From: Octopus bimaculoides
Lineage: Eukaryota
Reading direction: 5' to 3'
DNA: 49,653 nucleotides
NCBI RefSeq assembly: GCF_001194135.2
Contig: NC_068981.1
Span: forward strand, 43,012,427 to 43,062,079
Part shown: positions 49,618 to 49,653 of the stretch, piece after piece
How positions within the stretch are numbered: the stretch's first letter is position 1
How the letters are laid out: every line of letters begins with the position of its first letter
Position numbers and translations under genes: made by a program
The notes under the pieces: generated by a model
Told to the model about the DNA's origin: nothing
The model's input: the letters and a program-made list of their open reading frames with translations, nothing else
Databases searched by the model: none

Positions 49618-49653
<36 letters not shown>

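Noticed and set aside
1-49653. Most ORFs in the six-frame track (YIYI, HTHT, poly-N/I/D/K/M/Q, X-filled)
   Set aside because: They are translations of microsatellites or run through N gaps, with no domain signal.

Overview
AT-rich, repeat-dense eukaryotic DNA with nine assembly gaps (1371-1635, 7872-8520, 10513-10940, 22836-22845, 29985-30331, 34320-35251, 41039-41566, 46795-47063, 47937-48139), most flanked by microsatellites. The SINE and LINE complement looks like a coleoid cephalopod (Octopus-type) genome; this is my inference from recognising the repeats. I found no supportable host protein-coding exon, so the window is probably intronic or intergenic. Most ORFs in the supplied track are microsatellite or gap artefacts. 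The real coding relics are retrotransposon fragments: two different Penelope-like elements (PLEs), RTE-clade LINE pieces (one with an internal inversion, one with a minisatellite expansion), and four R4/Dong-type fragments clustered around (TAA)n arrays. There are also many tRNA-derived SINEs and Tc1/mariner and piggyBac MITEs. The most interesting signal is two unrelated non-coding palindromes of about 240-280 bp (27011-27290 and 47105-47342). Each carries two outward-facing, degenerate type I hammerhead-ribozyme-like motifs with palindromic stem III. A similar decayed motif sits in the tail of a PLE fragment (15114-15160). All ribozyme calls are motif and pairing inferences made by eye, and every copy deviates from the catalytic consensus.
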